A stretch of 64,000 nucleotides of DNA from the human T2T-CHM13v2.0 reference genome, Homo sapiens (GCF_009914755.1 NC_060937.1); one strand, 5' to 3'; shown: positions 13,095 to 26,679, numbered from the stretch's first letter. Translations and numbers: made by a program. The notes: a model not told the origin generated them from the letters alone.

Positions 13095-14300
13095 ATACAG
13101 GGCACAACTGCCCAGCTCTAGACACACTCACACACACTCACACACACACACACACGGGACACAACTGCCCAGCTCGTCCCTCACACACACATGCACACAC
13201 ACTCCCTCACACACACACTCACATGGGACACAACTGCCCAAAACTAGACACACTCACATGTGCACACTCCCTCACACACACACGCACACACTACCTCACA
13301 TGTAAGCACACATGCACACATGCTCACACACACTCCCTCATTCACACACACACTCCCTCACATGCACACACCCTCCCTCACTCACACACGCTAGCGCACA
13401 CATGCGCACACACACTCACTCATACGCGCGCACACACACTCCCTCAATGACACGTGCACACACATGCGCACATACATACTCCCTCCCTCACACACAACCT
13501 TACACACAAATTCCCTCACATGCACTCACACACGCACACACACTCCCTCACACATACACATACAAACTCACATGCACACACCCTCCCTCCCTCACAGACA
13601 CACATGCACACATGCTCACACATGTCCTCACATGCCCACACCCTCCTTCATTCGCACACACACACCCTCCCTCCCTCACACATGCAAGCACACACGTGCA
13701 CATGCTCACACACATCCTCACACACTTCCTCACACACCCTCACCCACATGCACTCACACACATGCACACACACTCCCTCACTCATGCACACATACACAAG
13801 CATACTCACGCTCATACATGCTCACACACCCTCCCCTCCCTCACACCCACATGCACACACTCGCACATGCACATATGGTCACACAGTCCCTCACACACAC
13901 ACTCCCAGTCCCTCACACTCACACACAAGCACACACACAGACATGCACACACATTCATGCACTCCCTCCTTCACACACATTCATGCTCCTCACACAAATA
14001 CACCCACATGCACACATGCACACAGACACACTGGTACACACACACGGACACCCACATGCACACACACACAAGCATACCCACATGCACACATACAGACACT
14101 GACACACACATGCGCACCCACATGCACACATACACATAGACACACTGATACTCTCACACACCCACATGCACACAGACACACACACATGCACACCCACATA
14201 TACACAGACGCACTGACAGACTCACACAGACTCACCCATACACATACACTGACACACACACCCCCATGCTCACACACACACTGACACACACGCTCACACC
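13095..14300. repeat. ~1.2 kb CA/CACT/CATG-rich low-complexity tract
   Basis: Direct inspection; source of the His/Thr-rich ORFs. Confidence 0.92.
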
Positions 14301-15472
14301 CAGTGTATGTGCAGCTGGTGCCATCCGCCCTCAGGGCACTTGATCCCATCGGTGACCACTCCTTGCTTTGCAAGATGCTGCTGTTGGGGGAACTGGGCAA
14401 AGGGGCTGCTGTTGGGGGAACTGGGCAAAGGGAACAGGCACTCTCCGTGTTATTCCTTACGACTGTGTGTGAATCTGCAATTATCTCAAAAGAGAACCGT
14501 TTAAAGCAAGAGGACTATGTGGGAGTGGACACCAGCTCCCTGGCCCTGTCCTGCTCTTGCGGCAGCCCCCACCTGCCCGAGGCCTCCGCTGTGGGAACTG
14601 GAACCTCCCTCACAGGAAGGGCGTGACCTCGTGTTTACCAGCCCTGCCCTGAGCGCAGAGCCCTTCGTGGAAATTGGTGCCTTGTTGTCATGAGAGGAAG
14701 GTTGAGGCCAGGAGAAACCTCAAGTTCTTGTGGGCATGGTGCTGCCTCGCGGTTTGACTGCAGGAGGCCTTACGGCGGCTCCGAGATGGGTGGCTTGGCC
14801 TGGAGCAGGACGAGCCAGGGCGAGGGCAGCTGCTGGGCGCCGTGACCCTGGCTCCTGCTGCAGGCTTTCCTCTGGGCCCCCTGTTCCAGAACCTTCTCCC
14901 TCTCAGGCCACCTGTGTCTGTGCCCCTCAGGAAGCAAGCAGGCTTTCTGCAGACCAGGCTCTCTCCACCCTCCAGGAGGCGTGGCTGTCAGGGCAGCTGG
15001 CTGGCGCCCCACTGCTCTCCAAGCCAACCAGCACCAGGTGTGAAAGGAGTCAAATGTGTCCCAACGTATAAACAATGTTTATCCCGACTAGACAGGCCAC
15101 ATCCTGATGTTTTACATTCTGTTCTAGCTTCCTAGACTAACCTTGTGTACTCAGCTTCTAAATGAGTGTCGGGCCCCTCAAGTAGATGCCGTGAGCAGCT
15201 GCTGTGTGCACGTATGTGTGTGCTTGTATGTGTGAACGACAGTGTGTGAGTGTAAGTGAGGGAGTGTGTGTGTGTGAGGACGTGTGAGAGCATGTGCGCA
15301 TGTGCCGAAGGTGCCAGCTCAGGACAACCAAGCATTACGTGTTCAGGAATTTTGCAAGCTGGTTGTTAAACAGAGCCATTACTAAAAATTCAATTCGATG
15401 GGCTTATAGAGTTTATAAAATTGCACGAACCCATGCTCTGGGGTCGCTGACATCTGTTCTATGGAGGAAATA

Positions 15473-15873
15473 CAGTCACGCACCACATGACAATGTTTTG
15501 ATATGGAGGAAATACAGCCACGCACCATATAACAATGTTTTGATATGGAGGAAATACAGCCACGCACCATATAACAATGTTTTGGTCAAGCAGGGTGGTC
15601 CCACAGGATTGTAGCACCAGATTCTTACTGTCCTCTCCCGGGTTAGTTGTGTTTGGACGCACATACACCACTGTGTGGCAGTCGCCTGTGGCATTCGGTA
15701 CAGGAGCCTGCACACAGGTCTGTGGCAGAGGAGCGCTGGCTGTACCTTGCAGCCCAGGCCTACAGGGGGCCCGGCCATCCAGGCGTGTGTAAGTCACTGT
15801 GAGGCCCGCACAGAGAAATCGCCCAGCCATGTATTTCTCAGAGTGCATCCCTGTCACAAAGCCACGGTGAGTG
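15473..15873 (+). mobile_element. Tigger3a/MER7A-like non-autonomous DNA transposon, with its left end triplicated (42-bp unit x3)
   Basis: TA|cagtcacgcaccacatgac...ggtggtccca...gtatttctcagagtgcatccctgtc...aagccacggtgagtg is colinear with the recalled Tigger3a consensus. The 42-bp units start at 15461, 15503 and 15545. Confidence 0.75.
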
Positions 15874-18837
15874 TGAACGCAGGGAGCGCTGCCTGTACCT
15901 CCTCCCACCTGGGAGTGTCTCATGCCCTCCCCCAACCCCGTTTTTTCCTGAGTCATTTGTTAAACCTTGGCCTCGCTTGTGACTGGCAGTTTGAAATGCC
16001 CTATTCAAGTCAACTCCCCTCCCTGGCCCACGCCACCTTCGTGTTTCCTGTGAAGAGGCTGAAGGGAGGCCATGGGGGCCCAACGTGTGACCAGTGGGTA
16101 CTCAGCTGGGAGTGGTGCACATTCCAACTCAGGGTCCAGAGCTGTCACCCCACAAGGTCCTGCCTCTCGACTCATGCCCACCCCAGAGGTAAGGACCGTC
16201 TGCCCACAGCCTGGGCTTCCAGGCGCTGCAGCTGGGAACTGTCACCCCACCTGGAATGGTCCCCTGAGATGTGGCTCTGTCAAGGGCTGGGGACAGGTTC
16301 TGGCTCCGGGCACGTGGACTCTCGCCCACCCAGGTCCAGGACCCAAGGCACAGAGGCTGGGCTGATTCCTGGGGGCCTCGCTGTGCCCTTCCTGCACAGC
16401 CCCTGGGGGATTTGCAGGGTGTGGGGTCTTTGTGGGGCCTTGTCCTTCAGAGCTTCCTATTTGCCCCTTTCAAATTGGTTGAAGAAACCTTGGGGAGTCA
16501 GGAGAGAGCCGAGAATCAGGACTGAGTGAGAACAGCGAGCTGCCCTCCAAGGCCGCCTCTGACTGGGGAGGCTTCCGCGTGGCTGTGCAGTCACTGGGCT
16601 GATGAGGCTTTCCGCCCTTACAACACAGGTTCAACTACAACACCTCAAACTCAACCCCAACAGCTATGAAAGCAGCATCGGGGAATTGGAACGAAATCAC
16701 TCCCGATCCCACCTCTGCTACATCCGAGCCATGTCTGTTCCTGCATTCATTTCCTGCAATTTTACTCCCCAGCATTCGTGTTTTCATGTGGTTCTAACTA
16801 AGGCCCTAGAGGCTACAGCCCCACGCCGTCCTTGCAGAAGCTGTAGCTCATCTCCTTCGCTATTTTAATTGAATGGGCACCAAGCGTTTGCCCTGGACCA
16901 CCTGTGAAAGGCACCGAGGGAGAAGCCATGGGCTCAAGACCCCCCAGCCAGGGCTCGCCTTAGGACCCTTTACATATTTGAAGGGAGGCCAGGAAGGTGC
17001 AGCCACAGTTTCATTCTCTTATCACTCTGCCTGCATTTTTCAGGTTTCAATAAGAGCAGATATAATTAGAGGGGCTCTGTTCCTCCTGGAGAAAGAACAC
17101 TGCAAATTACAGGGTATCTCTAATGAGCCATGGACCGGAAGACAGCATCACTGACCCCTCATCATCTCAGGCTCTCCTCTTGCCACTCCCACCATGACTG
17201 GCTGGATGACCAAGCAGGGGCCTGAGTGTTCAGCTACAAAGACAAGCAGCTCCGTGCAGCCTTCAGAGAGGAAGAGAGGCAGGTGGCTAGAGAGCCCCCT
17301 GTGACAGATGGGCTGGTCCGGGCAGGAGGAAGGAGGGCAGGGGCTGGAGAGTCCCTGGGGACCAATGGGGCTTCTTGGCCTAAATGCCACGGGTGGGAGC
17401 TGGGGCAGCAGGGGTTTGTGAGGCACTCACCTGGATTATCTGTCATTGTTGTAGCTCATACAGTCCAAGGGCCTCAGACTATAAATGTGTGGTGGTGAAT
17501 TAACTACCTGTTGTGATGTTATCCTGGTCCTGTGAAGATTTACAAGGAGCCATGTCACTTCTCTGCCAAAACCCTGGACTGTCCTCCTGTCCCCCTTGGC
17601 ACAAATCACAAAGCGCCATCGTGCACACAGGAGCCCGGGGGCTCAGGCGTCACCCAGCAGCTCCAGGCCTCCTGGCTCCAACCCTCTGCCTTCTTGCTTT
17701 CCCTTCAGCAGAACGGGTCTCTCCCTTCCCGGGGCCTTTGCACATTCCCCCTGTAGGAATGCTCTGTCTTGCTCTCTGCAGGAATTCCCTCTGCAGCAAT
17801 GCTCTGTCCCCAGGGATCTGTGTGTTGCTTCTCTCTGAGGACACCTGCGAGCGAGATTTCCTCGACTACACAACGTCAAATAACTGGCCCTTACCTGCAT
17901 CTGCCCTGCTTTATTTTCCTGAGTAACACGCACGTAACACGCGTCACCACCTGGCCTGCTCACTGATGTGACTGCTCATTGACCCTCCCAGACTCAGTGG
18001 GGTGAAGATATCTCATTCCTAATTGCATCTCACTTAGCAGTAATAAACAGAACACGAATCTGCATTCAACGGTCGATGCTTCCACAGTGTTTCCTCCAAT
18101 ACTCGAGAATCTGCTCCACAGGTAAACGGACTTCTCCAACTGGTGATAGAAATGGTGGTGCCCGTGGTGGTGGGAACCCACACCCACCCTCAGACTCCAA
18201 CTCGCGCATCTCCGCAGGCCCAACAGCCCCCGCTCCAGTGGCGCAGAGACCCCCGAAGGCCGGCACCTGGACGTTCCCCTTGAGCTATTCACTTAAGAAG
18301 AAAAAACAGTCCAGTCTCCATAGGGCACTCTTCTCATCCATTCTGAGAATTGAAAATCAGGCTTTTTGTTTGTTTTGTTTTTAACCTCAAACAGCACTGT
18401 TTCTAAACCACGGGGAGTGAATCCAAATCTGAAGACAGAATATGGACTGAACTTCGGGGCTCCCTGGGCTGCTGGCTGTCAGCTCACCTGTGCCCACCTA
18501 CCCCGTGCCCACCTGCTTTACTTACCATCCTGGAAAGACTTCTCAGTCTCAGCCATGGCCCATGGCAGCCCAGGCAGCCCTTGCCTTCCGCTCTCTGCGA
18601 GGGAGCCCCTGGAGGGCGGCAGTGGAAGAGACGCTCTGAAGCCTCAACAGCTCCAGAGACCAGTGGGCAGCCTTTCCATTCCTGTGTGCCGGCCTGACAT
18701 CCCCCCGCGTGAACTCCCTTGCACACACACGAACACACACACACAGAGATTACCCACACGCCCATTCAAACAGCAACTTAATAACAAGGAACTGAAAAAA
18801 AGAAAGGCTATTAGACCCAAATGAGAATCACAAGGTG

Positions 18838-19915
18838 GATCCCAGTGAGAACTGTCTGCAGCATCACACTCACCGCTGTGTCTGAGAACAGGATTTTCCA
18901 TTTCGGCAGTGGATCTAAACCTGATGCCCAGGACCTGTTTTAAGCAGTGAATCAAAGATCACAGAAGTTAAAGTTTGGCAAGTTTTCGACGTCAAGGAGA
19001 TGGAAAGCCTAAAATCAGTTTCTGAACCACTAAATTAGAGGGAACAGCCTTGCTCGCGAATTTTCCAGAATTCCACAAACAATTAAGAAGACCCAGGGTA
19101 GGAAGCACATACAATTTGTTTTCTTTGATGGTTAAGTTGGTTTAAGGCACAGAGTTGAGAAGACAGGCAAGAAGAAGCAACTGTTCAAGCCCCAAGGAGA
19201 ATCCTGAACCGACCCAGCCCCCAAGGAGAATCCAGAACCGACCCAGCCCCCAAGGAGAATCCAGAACCGACCCAGCCCCCGAGGAGATCCCACAACCGAC
19301 CCAGCCCCCGAGGAGATCCCAGAACCGACTCAGCCCCCAAGGAGAATCCAGAACCGACCCAGCACCCGAGGAGAACCCAGAACCGACCCAGCCCCCGAGG
19401 AGAACCCAGAACCGACCCAGCCCCCGAGGAGATCCCACAACCGACCCAGCCCCCACGAAGATCCCAGAACCGACCCAGCCCCCGAGGAGATCCCAGAACC
19501 GACCCAGCCCCCGAGGAGACCCCAGAACCGACCCAGCCCCCGAGGAGACCCCAGAACCGACCCAGCCCCCGAGGAGATCCCACAACCGACCCAGCCCCCG
19601 AGGAGATCCCACAACCGACCCAGCCCCCGAGGAGACCCCAGAACCGACCCAGCCCCCGAGGAGATCCCAGAACCGACCCAGCCCCCGAGGAGATCCCACA
19701 ACCGACCCAGCCCCCGAGGAGATCCCAGAACCGACCCAGCCCCCGAGGAGATCCCACAACCGACCCAGCCCCCGAGGAGACCCCAGAACCGACCCAGCCC
19801 CTGAGGAGATCCCACAACCGACCCAGCCCCCGAGGAGACCCCAGAACCGACCCAGCCCCCGAGGAGATCCCACAACCGACCCAGCCCCCACGGAGAACCC
19901 AGAACCGACCCAGCA
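18838..19915 (+). repeat. Left arm of inverted duplication: ~350 bp unique sequence plus 29-bp VNTR (~25 copies, 19190-19915)
   Basis: Unit CCCCCGAGGAGATCCCAGAACCGACCCAG. The unique part 18838-19190 is the reverse complement of ~21225-21575. Confidence 0.95.
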
Positions 19916-20939
19916 CCTGGGCAACATTCTGCCCCCGGCCTCCTCCACTTGCTGGGCATGCATCACCGTCATCTGCAGCCACTTTCCCCAATGCCAGAAT
20001 CAGAAATTTTCAAAATGGTTGAATAGTATTTGGTTATTTTTTGATAGGATATAATGCTTTTGTTCCTTCTTTGACTTCACGTTTTCTTTGTTCTCTAAGC
20101 TAAATGCCAGCATTTAAACTGTATACTGAGACACACAATTGTGTGAATATTAGCTTGAGGCTCTCTTAAGACAGACTCAGATATCCAAAGGCTTTGAACT
20201 CACAGAATTTTGTAAAACTCGAAGCACATTCGCACTGCCCTTTGGAACCTGCCTTGTCTACAGAGCTAATAGGCAAGACCCAGCTCACCCAGGGGGCTCG
20301 GGGATCCCCAGCCCTGCGTGACTTTGCAACACCAGCTGAGATGCCTGGTTCCCAGTTAAGTTACTAGGATGAGTTACAGCACTATTTATTCAAAACTCTG
20401 AGAGGCCCGTGTTACTGCTAATTCCAATTTTAACTTTTCTTCCAGAATGGCAGGAAGCGATGAGGGCAGCTGAGGTTTCCAGAGCTCGTGTGTAGCAGGC
20501 GCCACGGCTAGTGCATCATGTGAAATTATGTTGCTTTTCTCAACTGTGAGGTGGGGACTCAACATGGTTTCCATCGCAGCCCATACAGGCTGCTGTGGTT
20601 GACCAAGCTTCCTTTGCTGGCAGGGCTGGGTGTGTTCTGCTGGCTGCAGCTCACCACCATGCTCAGAATGGCTCATAATCATTTGTTGTGTACTGTTTTT
20701 TCCAAAGACACGTCTCTGAGACTACGTCAGCTGCACCTGGACATGGTCACACGTCAACATCATACAGAGTGGTTTCTCAGGTAGCAGAAAGTGACAAATG
20801 AGACACGGTTATTCTTGTAAGGCAACTGTGAAATAACAGGGTATCACACAAATTTAGGTGGCCATTGTCTTCGTCTCAAATTTTCTCCTTAAGAAATTAA
20901 AAACAGGAGAGAAAAACAAGTTTTCGATTAAAAAACAAG

Positions 20940-21575
20940 GAGATCCTGGGATCTCCGTGGGGGCTGGGTGGATCCTGGATTCTCCTCGGAGGCTGGGTCG
21001 GTTCTGGGATCTCCGTGGGGGCTGAGTCGGTTCTGGGATCTCCTCGGGGGCTGGGTCGGTTCTGGGATCTCCTCGGGGGCTGGGTCGGTTCTGGGATCTC
21101 CACGGGGTCTGGGTCGGTTGTGGGTTCTCCTCGGGGGCTGGGTCGGTTCTGGGATCTCCTCGGGGGCTGGGTCGGTTCTGGGTTCTCCTCGGGGGCTGGG
21201 TCGGTTCTGGGTTCTCCTTGGGGCTTGAACAGTTGCTTCTTCTTACCTGTCTTCTCAACTCTGTGCCTTAAACCAACTTAACCATCAAAGAAAACAAATT
21301 GTATGTGCTTCCTACCCTGGGTCTTCTTAATTGTTTGTGGAATTCTGGAAAATTCACGAGCAAGGCTGTTCCCTCTAATTTAGTGGTTCAGAAACTGATT
21401 TTAGGCTTTCCATCTCCTTGACGTCGAAAACTTGCCAAACTTTAACTTCTGTGATCTTTGATTCACTGCTTAAAACAGGTCCTGGGCATCAGGTTTAGAT
21501 CCACTGCCGAAATGGAAAATCCTGTTCTCAGACACAGCGGTGAGTGTGATGCTGCAGACAGTTCTCATTGGGATC
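20940..21575 (-). repeat. Right arm of inverted duplication: inverted 29-bp VNTR (~10 copies, 20940-21225) plus ~350 bp unique sequence
   Basis: Reverse complement of the left arm. The ORF track shows the same peptide (MIHCLKQVLGIRFRSTAEMENPVLRHSGECDAADSSHWD) on opposite strands. Confidence 0.95.
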
Positions 21576-22239
21576 ACATTTTCTTCTCTGTTCAGGTGGA
21601 GGCATTTCATACATTTTTTACCAGGACCAGACAACCTTGGCAAATCATCTAGAAAGCACAGTAAATGTGAAAATGTGATTAAATAAACAGGTGTTGGATT
21701 TCAGAATACTGTTTTATTTTTTTTCCTCAAAAGACATCTGCTTACCAATCTCAGTGTTACTGGGGCTGAAGGCCATGCTCTTTCCAATGATGGGACTACA
21801 CTCAAGTGCTAATTTATTACAATTACAAGTTTCCCTTCACCACTGCTGATGGCATAATTTGACCACAAGTGTTTTGCAAATATATCACACCTGGTATTCC
21901 AGGACCCACTTCAACCACTGGCTTGACTCAGAATTTTCCAACAGGGACAATTAGCATGTGCCACCTGCTGGAAACACTAGCCACACCTGAAGTGAAAGGA
22001 GAATCCTGGAAAGTCTTCCCCTGGAGCTACCAGACTCCCCACTCTCGAGTCTGGTGGACACGGCACTGTCAGGACCCCTCCCCTCGGCAGAGAGTGGTGG
22101 TCGGCTGCAGGTCTGCCCACCGTCTGACGGGATTCCAGCTCTGCCCCAGTGCTTGGCACCAGGGGTGCTTCTGTTAAACCCAGTCCCTCCCAGACCCTTC
22201 CCAGATTAAACCTGGACCCAGGACCCCGCCCTTAGCTGC

Positions 22240-22555
22240 ATTATCACTGCCCAGCAGACCTGACCCTAACCCTAACCGCCAGAGATCCTGTTAAGCAGGT
22301 CTGTGGTGGGGCCCAGAATTCACACTTCATCCACTTCCCAAGTGATGCTTTACTGTTGGTCCCAGAATAGGGTGATAGCCCCTCAGTCTGCCAGGGGCAA
22401 AGGAGGGTTCCTGTGACCTGGGACTTTCAGCGTTGAAGCTGGAGCAGCCCTAGGGCAAAGTGGGACGGTCACCTCACCTGGGGATCACACCTGGGGACCT
22501 CACCTGGGGATCACACCTGGGGACCTCACCTGGGGACCACACTTTGAGAACCACT
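22240..22555 (+). mobile_element. MER5A-like hAT relic interrupted by a short MER96-like insert and a tcacctgggga micro-tandem
   Basis: aggtctgtggtggggcccagaatt...cccaagtgatgct...gggaccacactttgagaaccact is typical of MER5A. Confidence 0.55.
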
Positions 22556-22964
22556 TACCTGGATCCTTTATTAATCCTACGGTGGAGAAAAACTGCTGAC
22601 ATTAATTGTGCTGAACTTTGTATTTTTATTGCAGACTTCTTCCTTCGAGATGTATGTGCACAAGAGAAGATAACAAATGAGTCCCCAACACCTAATCTGG
22701 AATTTTTATGTTAAGTTTTCTCTCTCTTAGAGAAGAATTTTCAAAGAGTAGTCATTCAAAAAGCAAAACACACAAACAAAACCCTAAAACTTTGAGAGAC
22801 CATTTTATGCCTGGAGCCAAAGATGAATTTTATAGGCTTTGCTTCTTTAGGTCTTGTCTCCAAATTCTACACAGTGCTGTGTTCCTTTCCACCATCAACA
22901 TACAGAACCAATTCCCCTTCTGGATTGTATGCACTGAAGAACTTTAGCTTTATTTATTAACTTT

Positions 22965-23415
22965 TTAAAGATCTCTCAATTGGTTACATAACAAACCACC
23001 ACCAGCCTAGTGGTGTAAAGGAAGCAGCATCATTTCCCGAAATTCTGAGGGTTGGCTGGAAGGTTCTCGGGGCTGAGACTCCTGGGCTGGGCTGGGGTGG
23101 AAGAGGGCCTCACTCACACGTGCAAGGCCTTGGCAGAGACATGGCCTCCGAGGCACCTGAGGTCTCTGTCATTCACTCCCTCATTCTCAGGAGGCCAACT
23201 CGGCCTGCCCACTTGGCAGCAGAAGGTTCCCACCGCAACAGCGGGGACGTCCAATGCCTTTCAAGCACTTCCCAAGTTTCTGCTGGTGTCAGGGCTGCTT
23301 TTGTCCCCTTGGTCAAGCTGCACCGTGTGTCCAGGCCCAGCGGTCACAGGGGAAGGGCCATGCAGGCTCGGTGTATGGAGGCAAGTCTGGGCACCATCAC
23401 AAACTCACCATTTCA
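22965..23415 (-). mobile_element. MLT1-type (ERVL-MaLR) LTR relic
   Basis: ttggttacataacaaaccacc...tagtggtgtaaa and gcccacttggcagcagaaggttccca motifs. Confidence 0.45.
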
Positions 23416-24299
23416 ACAAAACACTCATTGTTTCTGAACTATCTTTAAAAACAACTTTTAAGAAATAAGAAAAGCTATTTCCAGAGCACTCACCAGTGCC
23501 ACGTGCACACGGATCATCTAATTCTAGGGGGGCAACTGCACGGTTTGCCCCCGACCGTCCAGTGTTAGTGTCCAAGGGAGCCCCTCAGTTCCGAGGTGAA
23601 CCGACAGAACAGATCACCCTGTGAGGTATGAAGTGTTGTCCTCTGCATTCGACAGATGAGGAGGTTACAGCTGCGAGACTGTAGGCGGTTGCCCGGGCGC
23701 TCTTCCAAGTAGGTAGCAGGGCCGAGTGAATGAGCCTAGGCACCGCCCGGTATTGCTGCAACAGCCAGGCGGCGCTTTGACTTCTGGGTCAGTGTCACTG
23801 CCTACCTGAATCACTCACTTCCTGTAAAATACTTGATTCCAAATTACTTTGGTCTGTATTGAAAAATAAAATTCAAGTTTACCTTTAAAGACAAAGATTT
23901 GCCATATTTAAGGATATTTTAGAGAACGTGCTACTGACTCTGAAGAAGAGGCATAAAACCGCCTTGAGGAACGGCATCGTCTGTGCTGAAGCAGGCAGCG
24001 CCCAGCTGACGACTGTCAATGCAGCCCTAGCAAACACGGCCACGCTGCCCTCCATCCAGGGTCCTGTCCAGTGCTGTGCTAAGCACTTCACGTGGTGACA
24101 GCTAGCTGCACACCAGGCACGGTCAGGTGCTTAGCGTTTATTAAGTCGTTCAATTCTTCTGTAACCCCATGAAATGGATGCTATTGCTAGAGCTGTTTTC
24201 TACAGAGAATTTAAGGATTTTGCCTAAGGAGATGTCACCAGCAAGTAGCAGACCATGGTTTGAACCTGTCCCCCAGTCCCAAGTCTACACATAACTGTT

Positions 24300-24725
24300 G
24301 TCCCACGGGTGATAGGTGTGACAGTCCTAGGCTCCAGCTCTTTCCCCGGCGCCACAGTGCCTGCTGTGCTTGGAGACACCAGCCTCACCTGACTGGGAGA
24401 GCTCCACTCAAGGACCCGCACAAAAATAATCCCAGCTTCCGTGGTTTCCTCACACCATTCCCCGCTCACAGTTTACCTCCCTAGGAACCCAACACTGTTT
24501 TCCTGTAGCTCATCACTTCACAAATGTATTGCCTGTTGTTAAAATCGTGAATAAGCCTCTGGTCTGACTGCCTCTGCGGGGTTTTTGTCTCATTTCGTGA
24601 AGCCGCCACATGCATATGAAGTAACGCTTTTTCTCCTGTTAATCTACTTTTGCCAGTTCAATTTGCAGGACTCCAGTCACTAAAAAACATAAGTGAGTGA
24701 AGGAAAAGTTTTTTTCCTCACCACC
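24300..24725 (+). mobile_element. Degraded ERV1 LTR (MER34/MER39-like)
   Basis: 3' end cttttctcctgttaatctacttttg...ggaaaagttttttcctc resembles this LTR group. Confidence 0.45.
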
Positions 24726-25414
24726 TGTTTGTTGGAAAGCAAGTAATGGCCCACCTGGTATTCTTTTGGTCAAGACACAACGGGGAAATGGGGCTCCGGT
24801 CAGGCCCCTCAGGTTGGGCCTAATTGGAGCAGAATCGGAGGGGCCTGGGCTTCTTGCTGCCAGTGGCAAATGTCCAGTCAGGAAGTCACACGGGCAGCAG
24901 CAATGCCGGCAAGGGACGCTTGTAGCAGGAACGGGGCAGCCTCCCTTACTCAAACAAGACGCGGACTGCCTGAGGCCGGCAGCTCAGAGAACAAAAGGCA
25001 AGTGTGAGGGGGACGGGGTCAGTACTCAGAAAGCTCCATGTGCCTTCCTGCTGAAAGCAACATTGAAAGCACAACATGTGCATTTGGTTAAAAACGCTGA
25101 GGGCTTGTGCTGGGAGGCGGCAGTGGTGGCCTCAACCATCTCCCCGTCCGCCCGCATGGCAACCACGACGACTATTTCCTCTGGTCAGGCATTTCCAACC
25201 TCCTCCTGTTATTACAACACTCTCTACTCACTAATTTTAGATAGAGTCTGTGCCAGACTTCCGACTACGATAGTGAGAATTCAGCCAACTTGCTCTGAAG
25301 AAATCATACAGGGCCTAAACTTTCTGAGTCCGTATGAGTCTAAAAATATCTTTATTATTCCCACACACTTAATTTAGGGTCCAGGATAAAAGCAGATTTT
25401 GCCGAGAGCCTAGA

Positions 25415-25820
25415 GGCATCACTCCACCATCTCCACCACTACATCCCTCCATCATCTCCATCACTACATCACTCCACCATCTCCATCACTACATCACTCC
25501 ACCATCTCCATCATCTCCATCTCTCCATCACTCCATCACTCCATCATCTCCCTCATCTCCATCACTCCATACTCCATCATCACCATCTCCATCATTCCAT
25601 CATCTCCATCATCTCCATCATTCCATCACACCATCATCTCCATCATCTCCATAGTCTCCATCACTCCATCACTCCATACTCCATCATCTCCATCACTCCA
25701 TCATCTCCATCATCTCCATAGTCTCCATCACTCCATCACTCCATACTCCATCATCTCCATCACTGCATCATCTCCTCATTCCATCATCTCCATCATCTCC
25801 ATCACTCCATCATCTCCATG
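25415..25820. repeat. Degenerate (CTCCATCAT/CTCCATCA)n simple repeat
   Basis: Direct inspection. Confidence 0.9.
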
Positions 25821-26382
25821 CCTGTTGACATTTTCTCAGGACCTGCCTGCACGCCTCGACCTCTGCCTTGGAAGGTCTGGGCTGCTGTGTTTTCTGCTTG
25901 TTTCTTGCACACAACGTAAAGTTGGGTTTCACTTTGCGAATGATCCCACGAGTCTTTTTGTTGAAGAGGTGAGTCGAATTTATTTACTTATGTAGACTGA
26001 GAGGAAGGATGCAGTGGCCCTTGGTTTTGTCATATTTCATGTTATAGTTTCTAACCAATCCTCTTTTAAAAATTTCACTAAGCATTCTGTGTTCCACTGT
26101 GGGTGTGTCTTGATTTGGAAGGTTGATGTTTTTGTTCCAGGAGATACGTTTGCTCAGTTTTCCTTCCCCTTGTGGCCACACTTCTCTGCTGCTCTCATCG
26201 TTTCATTTGTGCCTTTCCCGTTTTTTGTCTGTTGGTTTGTCTGTGCCATGGTGTGATCCTAGCTCACTGTCACCTCCAACTCCCAGGCTCAAGCACCTCC
26301 CGCCTAGGCCTTCAAAGTGCTAGGATTGCAAGCGCCGCCCCACGCTCAGCCCCTTTCCCTTGTTAAAAAGTGCCTTACTCTC

Positions 26383-26566
<184 letters not shown>

Positions 26567-26679
26567 TTAGATGAGCTGTCCCAGGAGGCTGCTACTTCCT
26601 GCAGCTGCTGAGGCTCACCCTCCTCTTTCCACCACTGAGGCCCAAGGCTCCAGTTGCTCTGAGGAGTGTGGAGGCCCGT

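Noticed and set aside
19190-19915. CRISPR-like array (29-bp repeat)
   Set aside because: Units are head-to-tail with no unique spacers, there are no cas genes, and the context is eukaryotic.
19142-20054. Pro-rich 299-aa ORF and antisense ORFs
   Set aside because: 29-bp VNTR read through three frames, giving a 29-aa periodicity.
22263-22277. Telomeric CCCTAA x2
   Set aside because: Too short to call an interstitial telomeric sequence.
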